Positions 39,935-54,796 of a stretch of 64,000 bases of DNA are shown here, one piece after another. The stretch covers positions 57,164,001-57,228,000 of the forward strand of contig NC_043009.1 of NCBI RefSeq assembly GCF_006345805.1, in the 5' to 3' direction. The notes beneath the pieces are model-generated. The model was not told the DNA's origin, did not search any database, and saw only the letters and a program-made list of their open reading frames with translations. How positions within the stretch are numbered: the first letter of the stretch is position 1; every line of letters begins with the position of its first letter. Both the position numbers and the translations under genes were made by a program. Source of the stretch: Octopus sinensis (lineage: Eukaryota).

Positions 39935-40671
39935 TCACCCCCTTTTGATCATCCCATTATCATCCCACATTTCTTCAATGCCCCCTGTAATTGAAAATCC
40001 AGAAAGTCCAAGCGATAAAATTATTCTTTGGAGAGTATATAAATGCGCGCGTGGTAGGCCCGGGGCTGTAGTAGAAAACACTTTCCTAAGGTACCGCGAA
40101 GTGAGACAGAACCAAAGACCACATGGTTTGAAAAGAGCCTCTTGGAAGGCACGTGTTTAAATGAATACACATTTACCCCTCGTGTATGTATGTATGTATG
40201 TATGTATGTATGTATGTATGTATGTATGTATGTATGTATATATGTATGCATGCATGCATGTATGTATGTATGTATGTATGTATGTATGTATGCATGTATG
40301 TATGTATGTATGTATGTATGTATGTATGTATGTGTGTGTGTGTGTATGTTTGTATGTATGTATGTATGTATGAATGTATGTATGTATTTATGTATGTATG
40401 TATGTGTGTATGTATGTATGTATGTATGTATTTATGTATGTATGTATGTATGTGTGTATGTATGTGTGTATGTATGTATGTATGTATGTATGTATGTATG
40501 TATGTATTTATGTATGTATGTATGTATGTATTTATGTATGTATGTATGCATGCATGTATGTATGTATGTATGTATGTATGTATGTATGTATGTATGTATG
40601 TATGTATGTATGTATATGTATGTATGTATGCACGCATGCATGTATGTATGGCGGAGTGGGGATGATATTTG

Positions 40672-41394
40672 GGATCTTTTCCTTTTGAACGGCAGTTTGT
40701 AACATAATTTCTAGGTAACTAAAAAGTTTTAAACTTCGTATACTGGTAGAATGTGTTTATAAAACATCATTTTCTCTTGGTTTTATTGAGAAAATTCTAT
40801 AGTTTGTAAGATATTTCGTCTGAAAATCCGAGCATTTCGGCAATTTTAACCAATCGATTACCTCCATTGAACTAAAATCATTTGCTGCGTCTAAAACTGA
40901 AACAACATCCTGTCACTAACCCTCAACCTAACCCTAACCCTAATTTTTTTTCTTAGTTGTTAAATTAATTTTTGTACGCGTGTAAAAAAAAAACGAAAGC
41001 AATGGAAAATAATTTAAACAATTAACAAACAAAATAATTCTATAATTTTGTTTGTTAATTGTTTAAATTATTTTCCATTGCTTTAGTTTTTTTTACACGC
41101 GTAACAATTAAATTAATTTAACAATTAAGAAAAAAAAATTAGGGTTAGGGTTAGGTTGAGGGTTAGTGACAGGATGTTGTCTCAGTTTTAGACGCAGTAA
41201 ATGATTTTAGCTCAAAAGAGAGCATAGGATTGGTTAAAATTCGAAAAATTAAACTTCGTTAAACAAACAAATTACAATTTTCTCAAGAAAGCCAAGAGAA
41301 AAAAATGTTTTATTTTGACACATTCTACCAGTATACGAAGTTTTAAAGAGTATAGTTAACTAGAAATTGTCTGCCGTTCAAAAGGAAAAGATCC
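40672..41394. mobile_element. ~720-bp palindromic MITE (copy 4)
   Basis: Same TIR and TSD. Confidence 0.9.
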
Positions 41395-41601
41395 GATATT
41401 TGTTAAGAGAATTCCCTGTTCGATGGCTAATTCTCATGAAGATCTTATGATCAAAGCGTCTCTGTCGCCAACAACCTGTTTTACATTCATATCATATACC
41501 CAATGTGTCCATTCAATTTTAGGACAGCAGGGTGTGTTTCGAGAGAAATTTCAGAGAAATATCGTTCGAAGGTCGTTGATACATTTAAGGTCGTTGACAC
41601 A

Positions 41602-42470
41602 TTTTGAACATGATCAGCTGTATGCGAATGCATGCAATCAAACCTACCAATACTCTTACAGAGCCCCCAAATGAGAAACCTGATAGATAAAAGCTATCTA
41701 CAAAATAGTAAATGTCAGGGAAAAAAAACCCTTAAAAAACAATTCTCAAGGGCAAAATTCACATCAGAGAATGAAACAGAATTCTCCGTAAAAGAATGTG
41801 GAGATAGCAGATGTGGAATATGCAACAACAACGATGACTTCAAAATATATTGATGGGGACACCCACATAAAATTCAAGAGTGGATTCTCGTTTAACGTAA
41901 ATGCAAATATGACCTGCAAGACACAAAATCTCATCTACTGCATCACTTGCCCCAAATGTAAGGAGAATTATATTGGCGAAACGCGCAAGAATCCACAGGC
42001 AGCAAATGTTACAAGAGGAACTACGGAAACTTCCACTGAGCAAACATTTGGAAATATGTGGAGAAGGAAAATCCAAGATCCTCCCCGGATCTTTTCATTT
42101 TCAAGGCCTGATTGTCAGATTTTTCTAGTTAACTAAATAATTTGAAACTTCGTATACTGGTAGAGTGTCTCAAAAGAAAACACTAGTTTCAACTTGTTTA
42201 TGTGAGAAAAATGTATTTTATAACTTTAAACGTAGATTAAATCTGCGAATTTTAACCAATCGTATTGTTTGTTTTCATTTGAAATAATTAACTATTCTAC
42301 CAGTATACGAAGTTTCAAATTGTTTGGTTAAGTAGGAAAAATCTGACAAATCAGGCCTTGAAAATGAAAAGATCCTCTTCCCCTTCTATAAATGCTCAAG
42401 AAACGACCCAAACTTCCGAAAGACAATGGAACTATATTTCATAAAGAAGTTCTCACCAAAATTAAACGGT
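41602..42470 (+). pseudogene. Penelope GIY-YIG remnant (copy 4), MITE at 42087-42375
   Basis: Near-identical to copy 3. Confidence 0.85.
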
Positions 42471-43316
42471 TGGTTTGGAAATATGTGGATAAGGAAAATT
42501 CAAGGAACGCAGATCATATTTATAGTTTTTTATAAAGAAATTCAGATCACCTTCCCACACTTAAACTTTTTTCAGGTTGTATTTAAAATCATACCTATAC
42601 TTACTTTAAAATCACTCTTTCAAAAACATAGCCATATGTTTTAAAAATAATAAAAACTTGACCACATTCATACAACCATTCACCACACCCTTACATTAGT
42701 GAATACAAAAGATTTTAAAAAACAAGACCTTGAAATGTGATTATTATTCTTACTTTCAAAAACAACATCTGGTCTTCCTATTAAAAACCTCGACCACTTG
42801 AATAAATAAAATTCCTTCCCTTCCCCACCCAAAAGGTTACTAAAAAGGAAAAAAAACAACATATTGAGTCAAGCAAGATTGATCACACTGACACACAAAA
42901 ACCACACCTCCTTTACCTCCCCACCCTCCCAAACGTTTTTCTTCTTTCTTTTCCTTTCCTCTGCAAACCCCAAAACATTTCTACTTTCTTTTCTCTTCTC
43001 TATCTTCATTATCTCTCACTCTCTACTCCTCTCTTACCCCTGCTCCTGCACTCCTATTTTGTTCCTATCTTTCCCCTTACCTCACTCTTCCCCATCAGTT
43101 TCAATTTTATAAATCAAAAAAGGCGAAGCAAACTTACTGTAAACCAATTTTTGGGTAAATCCGATAACGGAAGAAAGCGCTTAAAAATGTATATAAAAAT
43201 ACTTTATCATTCTCAATATGCAATATCTGTGCATCACTTTAAAAACTCTCTACATATATATGCATACACACACACACTCGAGCATATTTATAAACCTCCA
43301 TATGAGTATATAACCA

Positions 43317-43357
<41 letters not shown>

Positions 43358-43472
43358 CCTGCTCGCTTAGCCAGCGGGTGGCGGGTCATTTGAAGGCTAA
43401 AACAATGCGAAGCGCATTGTGAACAGCGATGTGTAGCAACATCTGATAACCTGGTCGGTCACGGTGATCATG

Positions 43473-43535
<63 letters not shown>

Positions 43536-43928
43536 TATATGTGTGTGTGTACATATATATGTGTATATATATATTGTAGTTAAGGGATCCCATATTAACT
43601 CATAGATTTGATCGAAAATGTCTGTGTGTGTGTATGTGTGCGTGTGTGTGTGTGTGTGTGTGTATTATGAAAGTTTTCGGCTACACCTGCGTTAACGCAA
43701 TAATTTGCATCCATACAATTCCTTTTAGTCTGCTATGCTGCTGGTTGTACAAGTTTCAAAAGTATAAAACTATCTTGATTTATTAAGCATGGCTATTTGG
43801 GCGCCCTTCTTTTTGCCATCCTCACACACACACACACACACACACACGTAGCCAGTGAGGTAGCATCATTCTAAATTTACAAGTTGAGAAAGCGCATTGT
43901 GACCAGCGGTGCGTAACAACATCAGATA

Positions 43929-44158
43929 GGCGGCGAGCTGGCAGAAACGTTAGCACGCCGGGCGAAATGCGTAGCCGTATTTCGTCTGCCATTACGTTCT
44001 GAGTTCAAATTCCGCCGAGGTCGACTTTGCCTTTCGTCCTTTCGGGGTCGATAAATTAAGTGCCAGTAACGCACTGGGGTCGATATAATCGACTTAATCC
44101 GTTTGTCTATCCTTGTTTGTCCCCTCTATGTTTAGCCCCTTGTGGGCAATAAAGAAAT
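43929..44158 (+). mobile_element. Intact family A SINE (truncated duplicates start at 27603, 33301, 38626)
   Basis: TSD aacatcagata(g) on both sides. Confidence 0.9.
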
Positions 44159-44480
44159 AACATCAGATAGTCTGGTCGGAAAAAGCAAAATGGGTGTCAT
44201 GCTAATTTTGATTCATACAATTTTTAATGTTATCAAACCAGGTTCAGCAGGAAATGTTACACACATAAATGCATAACGCTACAACGCGTATGTAATATTT
44301 TGATTACAGAGACCGGCGACTTGGCGTGTGAAAAGAAGAAAGCAAGAGGAAAAGTCGGACTTCTTAAGCATACAAGTGAGCTCTTTGTGGTTTTTTAAGA
44401 CATTACCCCCCGCGGCTACGTCACTGTCGTCATAGCAACTACTGACACACACAATGTTAGGTAGAAACGGAAGAATAAAA

Positions 44481-44893
44481 GGCAGCGACCTGGCAGGACG
44501 TTAGCACGCCGGGCGAAATGCGTAGCCGTATTTCGGCCGTGTGAACGATCTAGGTTCAAATTCCGCCGAGGTCAACTTTGCCTTTCATCCTTTCGGGGTC
44601 GATTAAATAAGTACCAGTTACGCACTGGGGTCGATATAATCGACTTAATCCCTTTGTCTGTCCTTGTTTGTCCCCTCTGTGTTTAGCCCCTTGTGAGTAG
44701 TAAAGAAATAGGTATTTCGTCTGCCGTTACGTTCTGAGTTCAAATTCCGCCGAGGTCGACTTTGCTTTTCATCCTTTCGGAGTCGATAAATTAAGTATCA
44801 TATACGCACTGGGGTCGATGTAATCGACTTAATCCGTTTGTCTGTCCTTGTTTGTCCCCTCTATGTTTAGCCCCTTGGGGGCAATAAAGAAAT
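44481..44893 (+). mobile_element. Family A SINE tandem dimer
   Basis: Full copy followed by a 5'-truncated copy. Confidence 0.85.
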
Positions 44894-45311
44894 AAGAAAC
44901 TGAAAGATAAAACGATAGAAAGAGTATGAGAGATAGTGGGAGTAGGGTGAAATGAAAAGAGTAAGAAAATAGTTGAAGTGGGTTTGAAATGAAAAGAGTA
45001 AGAAAACAACGTATTGCAGATAATTAGAGAGATGGGGGACGAAACCCTTTGGAGAAACCCACATGTTGAAAACAATAAGCACGGTTTCAAACGGTGAGTG
45101 CATATTGAATAGTTTAATTTAAAAAAGGAATTGCGAGAAAATAAGGAATAGGATCGTATGGAAAAATTGAGAAATAGGGCCATATGATACTAATTTATCA
45201 ACTTTTTCTGTGACTCCAGTTATTATTACATTAAATATTTTTCCTACTAGAGTTTATGTGTGCCACCTTAGTTTGCGGTCTACTCAGCCATTTACAGTTT
45301 AATGTGCTGGT

Positions 45312-45905
45312 TAACTCTAACCCTAACCATAATCCTAATCCTTTAACCCAGCCCCTGATTTTGAACCTAACACTAATCCTAGCTCTACGCCTAACTCTAC
45401 CCCTAATCTTAAACCTAACACCGACGCTATCCCCACCCTAACCTTAATCCTAGCCCTAATCCTAAATATTTATATATCACTTTAGCATGCGATCTTCCTG
45501 GCCATTTATACTTTAGTGTGCACTTTACCCCTAACTCTAATCCTAAACCTACCCCTAACCCAAACCCTAATTCTAATCCTAAACCTACCCCTAACTCTAA
45601 TCTCAGATACTTTTATGCAAAAATTTATAGGATGTCACTTAAACATGCGATCTTCCCGGTCCATTACATTTTAGCACGCAGTCTAACCATAACCAGTAGC
45701 GGTCTGGCCTGGTTGCCAGTTTTCTCGATGGCAAGTGGGCCCTTGTGCCATTGGAATCCATATATGAGGGTCCATGTTAGTGTCTAAGGGACCCATCCCC
45801 TCAAGTTTAAGAAGTTTTTATTCACTCCTGGAAGAATGCATTAATTATTTCAGCCTGGCTGTGTTTGTAGACAGCTGGAAAGAATACTTTTAACAACAAC
45901 AACAA

Positions 45906-45975
<70 letters not shown>

Positions 45976-46153
45976 GATAGCATTGTAGTTGCGGGTGGGC
46001 CTCCTTGTAGTTACAACGAGCCCCCTTAGTCTCCTGGCAACTAATATTCTTAGACCCACTCCGCCACTGATCATAACCCTAACTGTAACCCAAAACCTAG
46101 TCTAAAACCTAACAAGAACCTTAACTTTAAACTCAACCCTAACCCTAACCTTA
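45312..46153. repeat. Degenerate (TAACCC)n tracts and an (AAT)n run at 45907-45972
   Basis: ctaaccctaa variants at 45312-45600 and 46074-46153. Confidence 0.75.
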
Positions 46154-46296
46154 ACACATGCATTTTCCCTAAATACTTTTATACAAAAGTTTATGGATGC
46201 TACTTTAGCATGTGGCCTACCGGACCATCTACATTTTAGCATGCAGTCTCAGTGACTTTTATAGTTTAGCTTGCGGCCTACCTGGCCATTTACTGG

Positions 46297-46550
46297 CGGC
46301 GCTTTGTGTCCCTGAGCAAGACACTTTATTTCACGTTGCTCTGGTCCACTCAGCTGGCAACAATGAGTTGTACCTGTATTTCAAAGGGGCCTGCCTTGTC
46401 ACATTCTGTGTCACCCCCAATCTCTTTGAGAACTACGTCAAGGGTACATGTGTCTGTGGAGTACTCAACCACTTGAACTTTAATTTCATGAGCAGACTGT
46501 TCCATTGATCGGATCAACTGAAGCACTCGTCATAACCGATGGAGTGCCAA
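46297..46550 (+). mobile_element. SINE (family B, V/Meta-domain-like core); its 3' tail is the source of the minisatellite unit
   Basis: gtgtccctgagcaagacacttt core; ends gatcaactgaagcactcgtcataaccgatggagtgcca. Confidence 0.7.
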
Positions 46551-46565
46551 TCAGTATGTGTGTGT

Positions 46566-46597
<32 letters not shown>

Positions 46598-47307
46598 AAG
46601 AGAAAGAGAGAGAGAGAGAGAGAATTCGTACCCAAGAATCGGGACAGTGGTCTTCATGCTTCTGTCCACTGTTCTTGGAAACTGCAGTCGGTATTTATTA
46701 GTGTCACCTTTCAACTTTGCGACTATCATAGGTGACCCAGAATTCAATTTAGATAGCTTATCCAATCTCACTGTTATTGACCAAGTTCAACTTCAGGGAA
46801 GCAATAATCTCTACATATCTATAAATAGTAATTTCGAAACATCTATAAATAAAGGCGGTGTCCCAGCGTGGCCGCAGTCTAAAGACTGATAGAAGTAGAA
46901 GACTTATTTTCCTTAGTAACTTTTGGAGAGTTGTCACTATCTCTTTCTCATCCGCCATTAGCAGGCGACTAACTTCTTATCAATGACAAACCTTGGACGA
47001 GCCTCATTACACACAAATTAGTAGGAGGCTTCTACAACTACAAGAGATCTGTCAAAATGAACAGTTGTATTTAATTTCAACTTTGTGACAATTGAATAAA
47101 ATCTGATAAGCATGAACTCTTTGTTGCTTCAACATTTTTCAATGCACCCGGAAATGAGTAATTATGCAATACTAAGCCTTTCTCAGTCTTTTCACAAACA
47201 GCCTTCTCAAATGATTACACAAGCAGCCTCACCCAAACTTCTTACCTATTACATTACACGCTTACAAATTACATACTACCTTTACAATTGGTGACTCCTG
47301 ATTTATC

Positions 47308-47525
47308 TGTTTCTTTATTACCCACAAGGGGCCAAACAAGGACAGACAAACGGATTAAGTCGATTGCATCGACCCCAGTGCGTAACTGGTACTTAATTTT
47401 ATCGACCCCGAAAGGATGAAAGGCAAAGTCGACCTCGGCGGAATTTGAACTCAAGAACGTAACGGCAGACGAAATACGGCTACGGATTTCGCCCAGCGTG
47501 CTAACGGTTCTGCCAGCTCGCCGCC
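47308..47525 (-). mobile_element. Family A SINE
   Basis: Full reverse copy flanked by a tgactcctg direct repeat. Confidence 0.88.
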
Positions 47526-48825
47526 ATTGACTCCTGCTTTCAACACGCTACATTCTACTGTTACAATTGGTATTTCAGACCGAGCCGAACAACTCAGCTC
47601 TATTATAATTGATAACGTTGACGTGCACAACAAACAAACAATGCATCCCAAACATGTTTGGCGATGCTCAACTTCTAAATCAAGCGAAACGAAACGAACT
47701 AAGGCAGCTCTACTACAATTGGTGATTTATCCAACTCCACGATAAACGAACTATGCAGCCCTGTTTCAAACACAGACTGTCTGACTTCGACGAATTTGTA
47801 GCCAACAGCGACCGTCCTCGAAGAGCAGCTGTGCTTATATCTCTGCAAATCGTTCCTTGCGAAGAACAGTGCATGTACACAGTCGCCATGAAGTTCTGCA
47901 ACCTAAAAACTGTTCCGCACACATGAGAACCACATTACAGTAACCATGGAAGCAATCATTTAAATAATAATTAAAAAGCACACAGACACGCGCGTCTCAA
48001 ACTTTCATCCCACGTCCACGGGTTTAGAAACAGCATTGTTCGCTTGAATTCCTCAGAGACATTTGGTATATAGTCCGTATAAGCTTTCAAAAACTTTTTT
48101 TTTACATGCCCCTATGATTTTTTTTCATTTCATTTCAGTACCAGTTTTCAGTTCTATATATATTAAACAGCTTGTCTTTCTTTCATTCATTTATTTATAT
48201 ATATTGTATTTCGTTTTGTTAACAATCATGTCTGCCCAGCAAATTTCATGCCGATCATATAATAACACGCTTGCAACGTTGTAGCATAATTGTGTTCAAA
48301 TTTAATGCCATATTCATCTCCTGCAATCCCACTTACAGCTTGCATTTAATTCACGTACATATTTTCGTGGTGTTCTATTCTCTCCTGTCGCTTACACAGT
48401 CCATCATGTACTCACATCCACACACTGCTCTCTTGTTTTACTGCCTCTTGTTTTCGCTGCCTGAATCTTTGCATTTTCTGAGGATACTCAATTTTTTTCT
48501 GAACTCTCCTGTTTGGTTTAAAAACTGTTGCAACATAGATCTATTCATTGAATTACACACATTTACTCTAATATTTCTGCTTCTGCGATTTTTCCTCCAG
48601 GTCTTATCAACCCTTATTTGTAATTCCCGTCACTGCAACTTACACTTCACCACTTTACTTTTTCCTCTGCTATTGATCTCGCTTCTCGGATTAACTTCTA
48701 CAGACTTGGTAACATCGCCAGCCATTTTCTCTTGGCGTTGTCAAAACATAGACTATGCTTCCTACATCCTTGCTTTTAGTCATTTATTTTCTTTCCTCTA
48801 TACCAATGCTACTCAAAGTGGTGGT

Positions 48826-49230
48826 CCCGCAGCATTGTCACACATCACGAAGGCCACACGATCCTTGTATGCTTTAAAGCCAGAGGCTTTTGCTTCCTCT
48901 TTGAACAGCTAAGTTTGCAACGGCATTCTTTTCCAAACAAGCCCGTCTCGTTTATATTAAAAACTTGTTCGGGCTTATATCCACCTTCGGAGATAATCTT
49001 CTTGAAAGTTTCATTCACGTATGTTTCAGCAGCGCTCGTATCAGCAGAGGCAGCCTCGCCATTCAGGGAAACGCTTTTTAGGCCGAAGCGTTTCTGAAAC
49101 TTAACAAACCACCCTTTGCTAGCAGAAAAAGGACGTATTTAGGTTGTGAATCACTGGACGTCCCTGGTTTAAAATCCGCGAAGTCGTGATTCCGCGATAG
49201 TTGAACCGCGAAGTAGCGAGGGATCACTTA
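48826..49230 (-). mobile_element. Tigger/pogo transposon remnant
   Basis: FSASKGWFVKFQKRFGL...GEAASAD...QVFNINETGLFGKRMP...GFKAYKDRV...NAAG; terminal gcgagggatcact. Confidence 0.85.
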
Positions 49231-49589
49231 TTTGTTTATAAAATAAATATTATATTTTAAAAATTGTCAACATTTATTATATTCATTATATATATTGTTT
49301 CGGTATAAATTAATATCACTAAGAGATATTACCGGTCGCTGGCACATCGGAAAAAAAAAACTGCCGGTACGTCACATCAGATAATTTGAGAAGCACCGCG
49401 CTATGCCACCTCGATCTGGTCACAGTGTATATATCGAAAATCTACCTGGTTCAGCACTTTCAGTAAGTCTTTTGTAGTTTGTCGTACTTGCTTTACCCAC
49501 AGCAATTACTCACGATCGCAGAATCAGACAAAAACTTAGCCTCTGCTTTTCTTTAAGGTACTTAGTACACAATACAGTAATGAGAGGAT

Positions 49590-51750
<2,161 letters not shown>

Positions 51751-52024
51751 TTGCACTATTTTTTCCCCGATTTTCGTTTCCAGGTCAAGTAGTAAACATT
51801 AACCATACATATTTCCTGTCAGAAACCTTCCTATAACACTATGGACTAAAAATAGCAAATTTTCCCCCTCGACCCCTTTTAACGAAAGTTAACATCTGCA
51901 TCGAATTCAGAGCACTTGACTGTAGGCCATCAACGTATACGCAATCCGGAATTGCATCACATTTAGATCTACTCGAATCTGCACCCAGTCCACGAACGCA
52001 CGCTAATCATAAGCAATTTCACTC

Positions 52025-52064
<40 letters not shown>

Positions 52065-52178
52065 GGGTCATGTGTGGATTACAGAGGTTATCAAATGTAG
52101 CAGTGTAATGTTTTTTTTTTTTTAATTGTTATCCATGTCGAGCTTTCACAGTTTCGTCAGTGTTGTTCTAATGTCTTC

Positions 52179-52610
52179 TTAATCCTTCTTGCCCCTTGTG
52201 GAGAATAAGGCCTCAACAGTTGTTTTCCACTTTTTGCAGTCATTGGTGTGTTTCTTGGCTGCTTCGCATGTCAGGCCGGTGGTTCTGAGCTCATCCAAAA
52301 TGCTCCGCTTCCATGTCTGCTTCGGGCGTCCTCGCTTCCTTTTTCCCCTGCCGGTGCCAGTCAAGTGCTTGTCGTGTCACATTTGAGGGTTCTTTCCGAT
52401 CCATCTCCATTTCCTTCGTCTAATCTGAACATGTATGGGCTCCTGGTTGGCCCTTTCCCATAGGTCGGCGTTTGGCACTCTGTCGAACCACTTCAGATGG
52501 AGGATCTGCCGGAGACATTTGTTGACGAAGGTCTGGATCTTCTTGTAGTTGCTGCAGGTGGCTCTCCATGTTTCAGAGCCATACAAAAGCACAGTAGTTC
52601 TAATGTACGC
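52179..52610 (-). mobile_element. RTE-BovB-like LINE C-terminal remnant
   Basis: VLLYGSETW...IQTFVNKCLRQIL...RRRKWRWIG...GKRKRGRPKQTW. Confidence 0.85.
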
Positions 52611-53242
52611 GAAGCAATTGCTCAACAGTATAATTTTGTGGCGACTGTTTGACTTGCAGTGTTTGCGAGGAAAGATTTGCAGAGATATAAAGCATAGCAC
52701 CTGGTAGGTCACCCCATTGCTGTACATTCTTCATAATCAAACAATATGTGTCCCGTACTGGATTGCATAGTTCGATTATCGTGCAGGGGCCGCCAATTGT
52801 AGCGGGTCTGCGTAGTTCGTTTCGTTCTGAGGGCACCATGGCGAGACATAGATAGGCTGGACTCAGAGGTGTAGCAGGTTCTAAGATTAGGAGCAGCGAA
52901 ACAATTTTAAAAAAGGCGCTGTGACACATACCAAACGATTTTTAACCCATTTCCTTTACATTATGCGAAATATTTCATTAGTTACAATATACGTAATTGT
53001 ATTCTATATTCATTAATTTCCTCTTTCAGTAACAATGTCAATACGTATGAAACTTACAACTACTGATATAGGTGTGACGTGAAAGAAAAGATGGAACTCC
53101 ATGGGATCGTCCAGTGTCGAGTGGTTATGACGTCATGGTTTGTTTTGGTTCTTCAGATGTCAGCAGCCACCAACACATCACAAGGGATTGAGCAAACGGT
53201 TCAATAACACGGGAGGTTAGTCAAATAAAGTATGAGTCCATA

Positions 53243-53575
53243 AAGTTCTGAGTTCAAATTCCACCGAGGTCGACTTTGCCTTTCATCCTTTCGGGGTCGA
53301 TTAAATAAGTACCAGTTACGCACTGGAGTCTATATAATCGACTTAATCCGTTTGCCTGTCCTTGCTTGTCCTCTCTGTGTTTAGCCCCTTGTGAGTAATA
53401 AAGAAACAGGTATCTCGTCTGTCTTTAAGTTCTGAGTTTAATTCCGCCGAGATCGACTTTGCATTTCATCCTTTCGCGGTCGATAAATTAAGTACCAGTT
53501 GCGTACTCAGGTCGATCTAATCGACTGGCCCCCTCCACTAAAATTTCGGGCATTGTGCCTAGAGTAGAAAAGAAT
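53243..53575 (+). mobile_element. Family A SINE tandem fragments
   Basis: B-box and core repeated twice. Confidence 0.8.
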
Positions 53576-53586
53576 ATTTAACAGAC

Positions 53587-53757
53587 GTAACAGAATGATT
53601 CAAGGTCCGAGAGTTTCTTGCGTTGGCACTTATCAAACTGGTCGAAGGCCCGTGAGTTTATATATCCAGAACTATATAAATACATAGGCCTTCGACCTGT
53701 GGCTAGGTTGACAAGTGCCAACGCACGAAACTGTCGGACCTTGAGTCACTCTGTTAC
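53587..53757. repeat. ~170-bp imperfect palindrome (MITE-like)
   Basis: gtaacagaatgattcaaggtccga... / ...tcggaccttgagtcactctgttac. Confidence 0.75.
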
Positions 53758-54261
53758 TTCTGCTAAATATTAATAAAAACATACATCTACTAATATTCTC
53801 AGTTCCACTGCGTGGCACCTTGGGCAGGTGTCTTCTACTATAGCCTCGTGCCGACCAAAATCTTGTGAGTGGATCTGGTAGACGGAAACTGAAAGAAGCC
53901 CGTAGTGTATATATATATATATATAAATGCGGAGTAGACGAAACAGGGACAACTGAAGAAGGGGAATATTCCTTGTGTTGTATGTCTTGTACTTTGTTTT
54001 TTCGTTGTTTGAAGATAAGTTCGTTTCCATGTTTTGTTTTTATGTTTTCGTTTCTCATTGTGTTCACCCCCTTTTTTTATGTCCTGTACCCACATATACA
54101 TGTACATATACATATAGATGTAGGTATGTACATATATGTATGTATATATGCGTATATTTATATATATTTTATATATATATATATATACTCGCTCTGATAC
54201 TGAGTTGAGTTGGTGCCTTCTGGTATCTCAAAATTCAATATATAATCATTTATGATTATAG

Positions 54262-54372
54262 TATTCTACGCTGAAGAGAAAAGAAGTTTCGGTAAGATAG
54301 AATTATTTAATATTAATATTTAATTCTTATGCTTTCCTAAAAACTTGATTTCGAAACGTACGTCCGTGGATA
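54262..54372 (+). ncRNA. Type I hammerhead ribozyme with extended stem II (Penelope-type)
   Basis: Stem I tctacg/cgtgga; CTGAAGA at 54271; stem II gaaa...tttc (~75 nt hairpin); GAAA-C-GTAC-G-TC at 54353-54364. Confidence 0.75.
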
Positions 54373-54554
54373 ACTAAAAAAATGTATGATAGATTGCAGT
54401 CAATTCATTCTCTCTTACTGTTTGTGTCTGCCTTCCAAATGCTGTTTTTACTGAGATCTCCCTTTTTAGTAGAAGAAATAGCTATAACCCTTTGACTGCT
54501 ATTTCTAAATTCGGTATGTGGTAAGGCAATTCGTTGCTAAACCCTTATTGCTTA

Positions 54555-54606
<52 letters not shown>

Positions 54607-54796
54607 ATATATTATAATATATATATATATATATACAAAATGAGAAAATGGAGAAACAAACCTAAATCAATCATCAACCATCAGATAATACCCAATCAAT
54701 ACTTTATTAAACCATTACATAACAGAAATGACATTATACATAATATATTGCAAATATAACTAGACATGGAAATAAATAGAAAACAAATAACAACAA

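Larger units (their letters stand above)
21389..44139 (+). repeat. Tandem segmental duplication, four copies of a 5.3-5.7 kb unit
   Basis: Identical junction tttagcccc|atgttccag at 27811/12, 33511/12 and 38836/37; last copy runs out into an intact SINE at 44139; copies 2-4 are 5700, 5325 and 5303 bp. Confidence 0.95.

Noticed and set aside
45312-46153. True telomere or chromosome fusion site
   Set aside because: Repeats are short, highly degenerate, in a single orientation, and interleaved with repeated non-telomeric sequence
48271-48912. 213-aa hydrophobic ORF as a membrane protein
   Set aside because: Starts at TTG, AT-rich low complexity, no recognisable motif, and its end overlaps the antisense of a Tigger remnant
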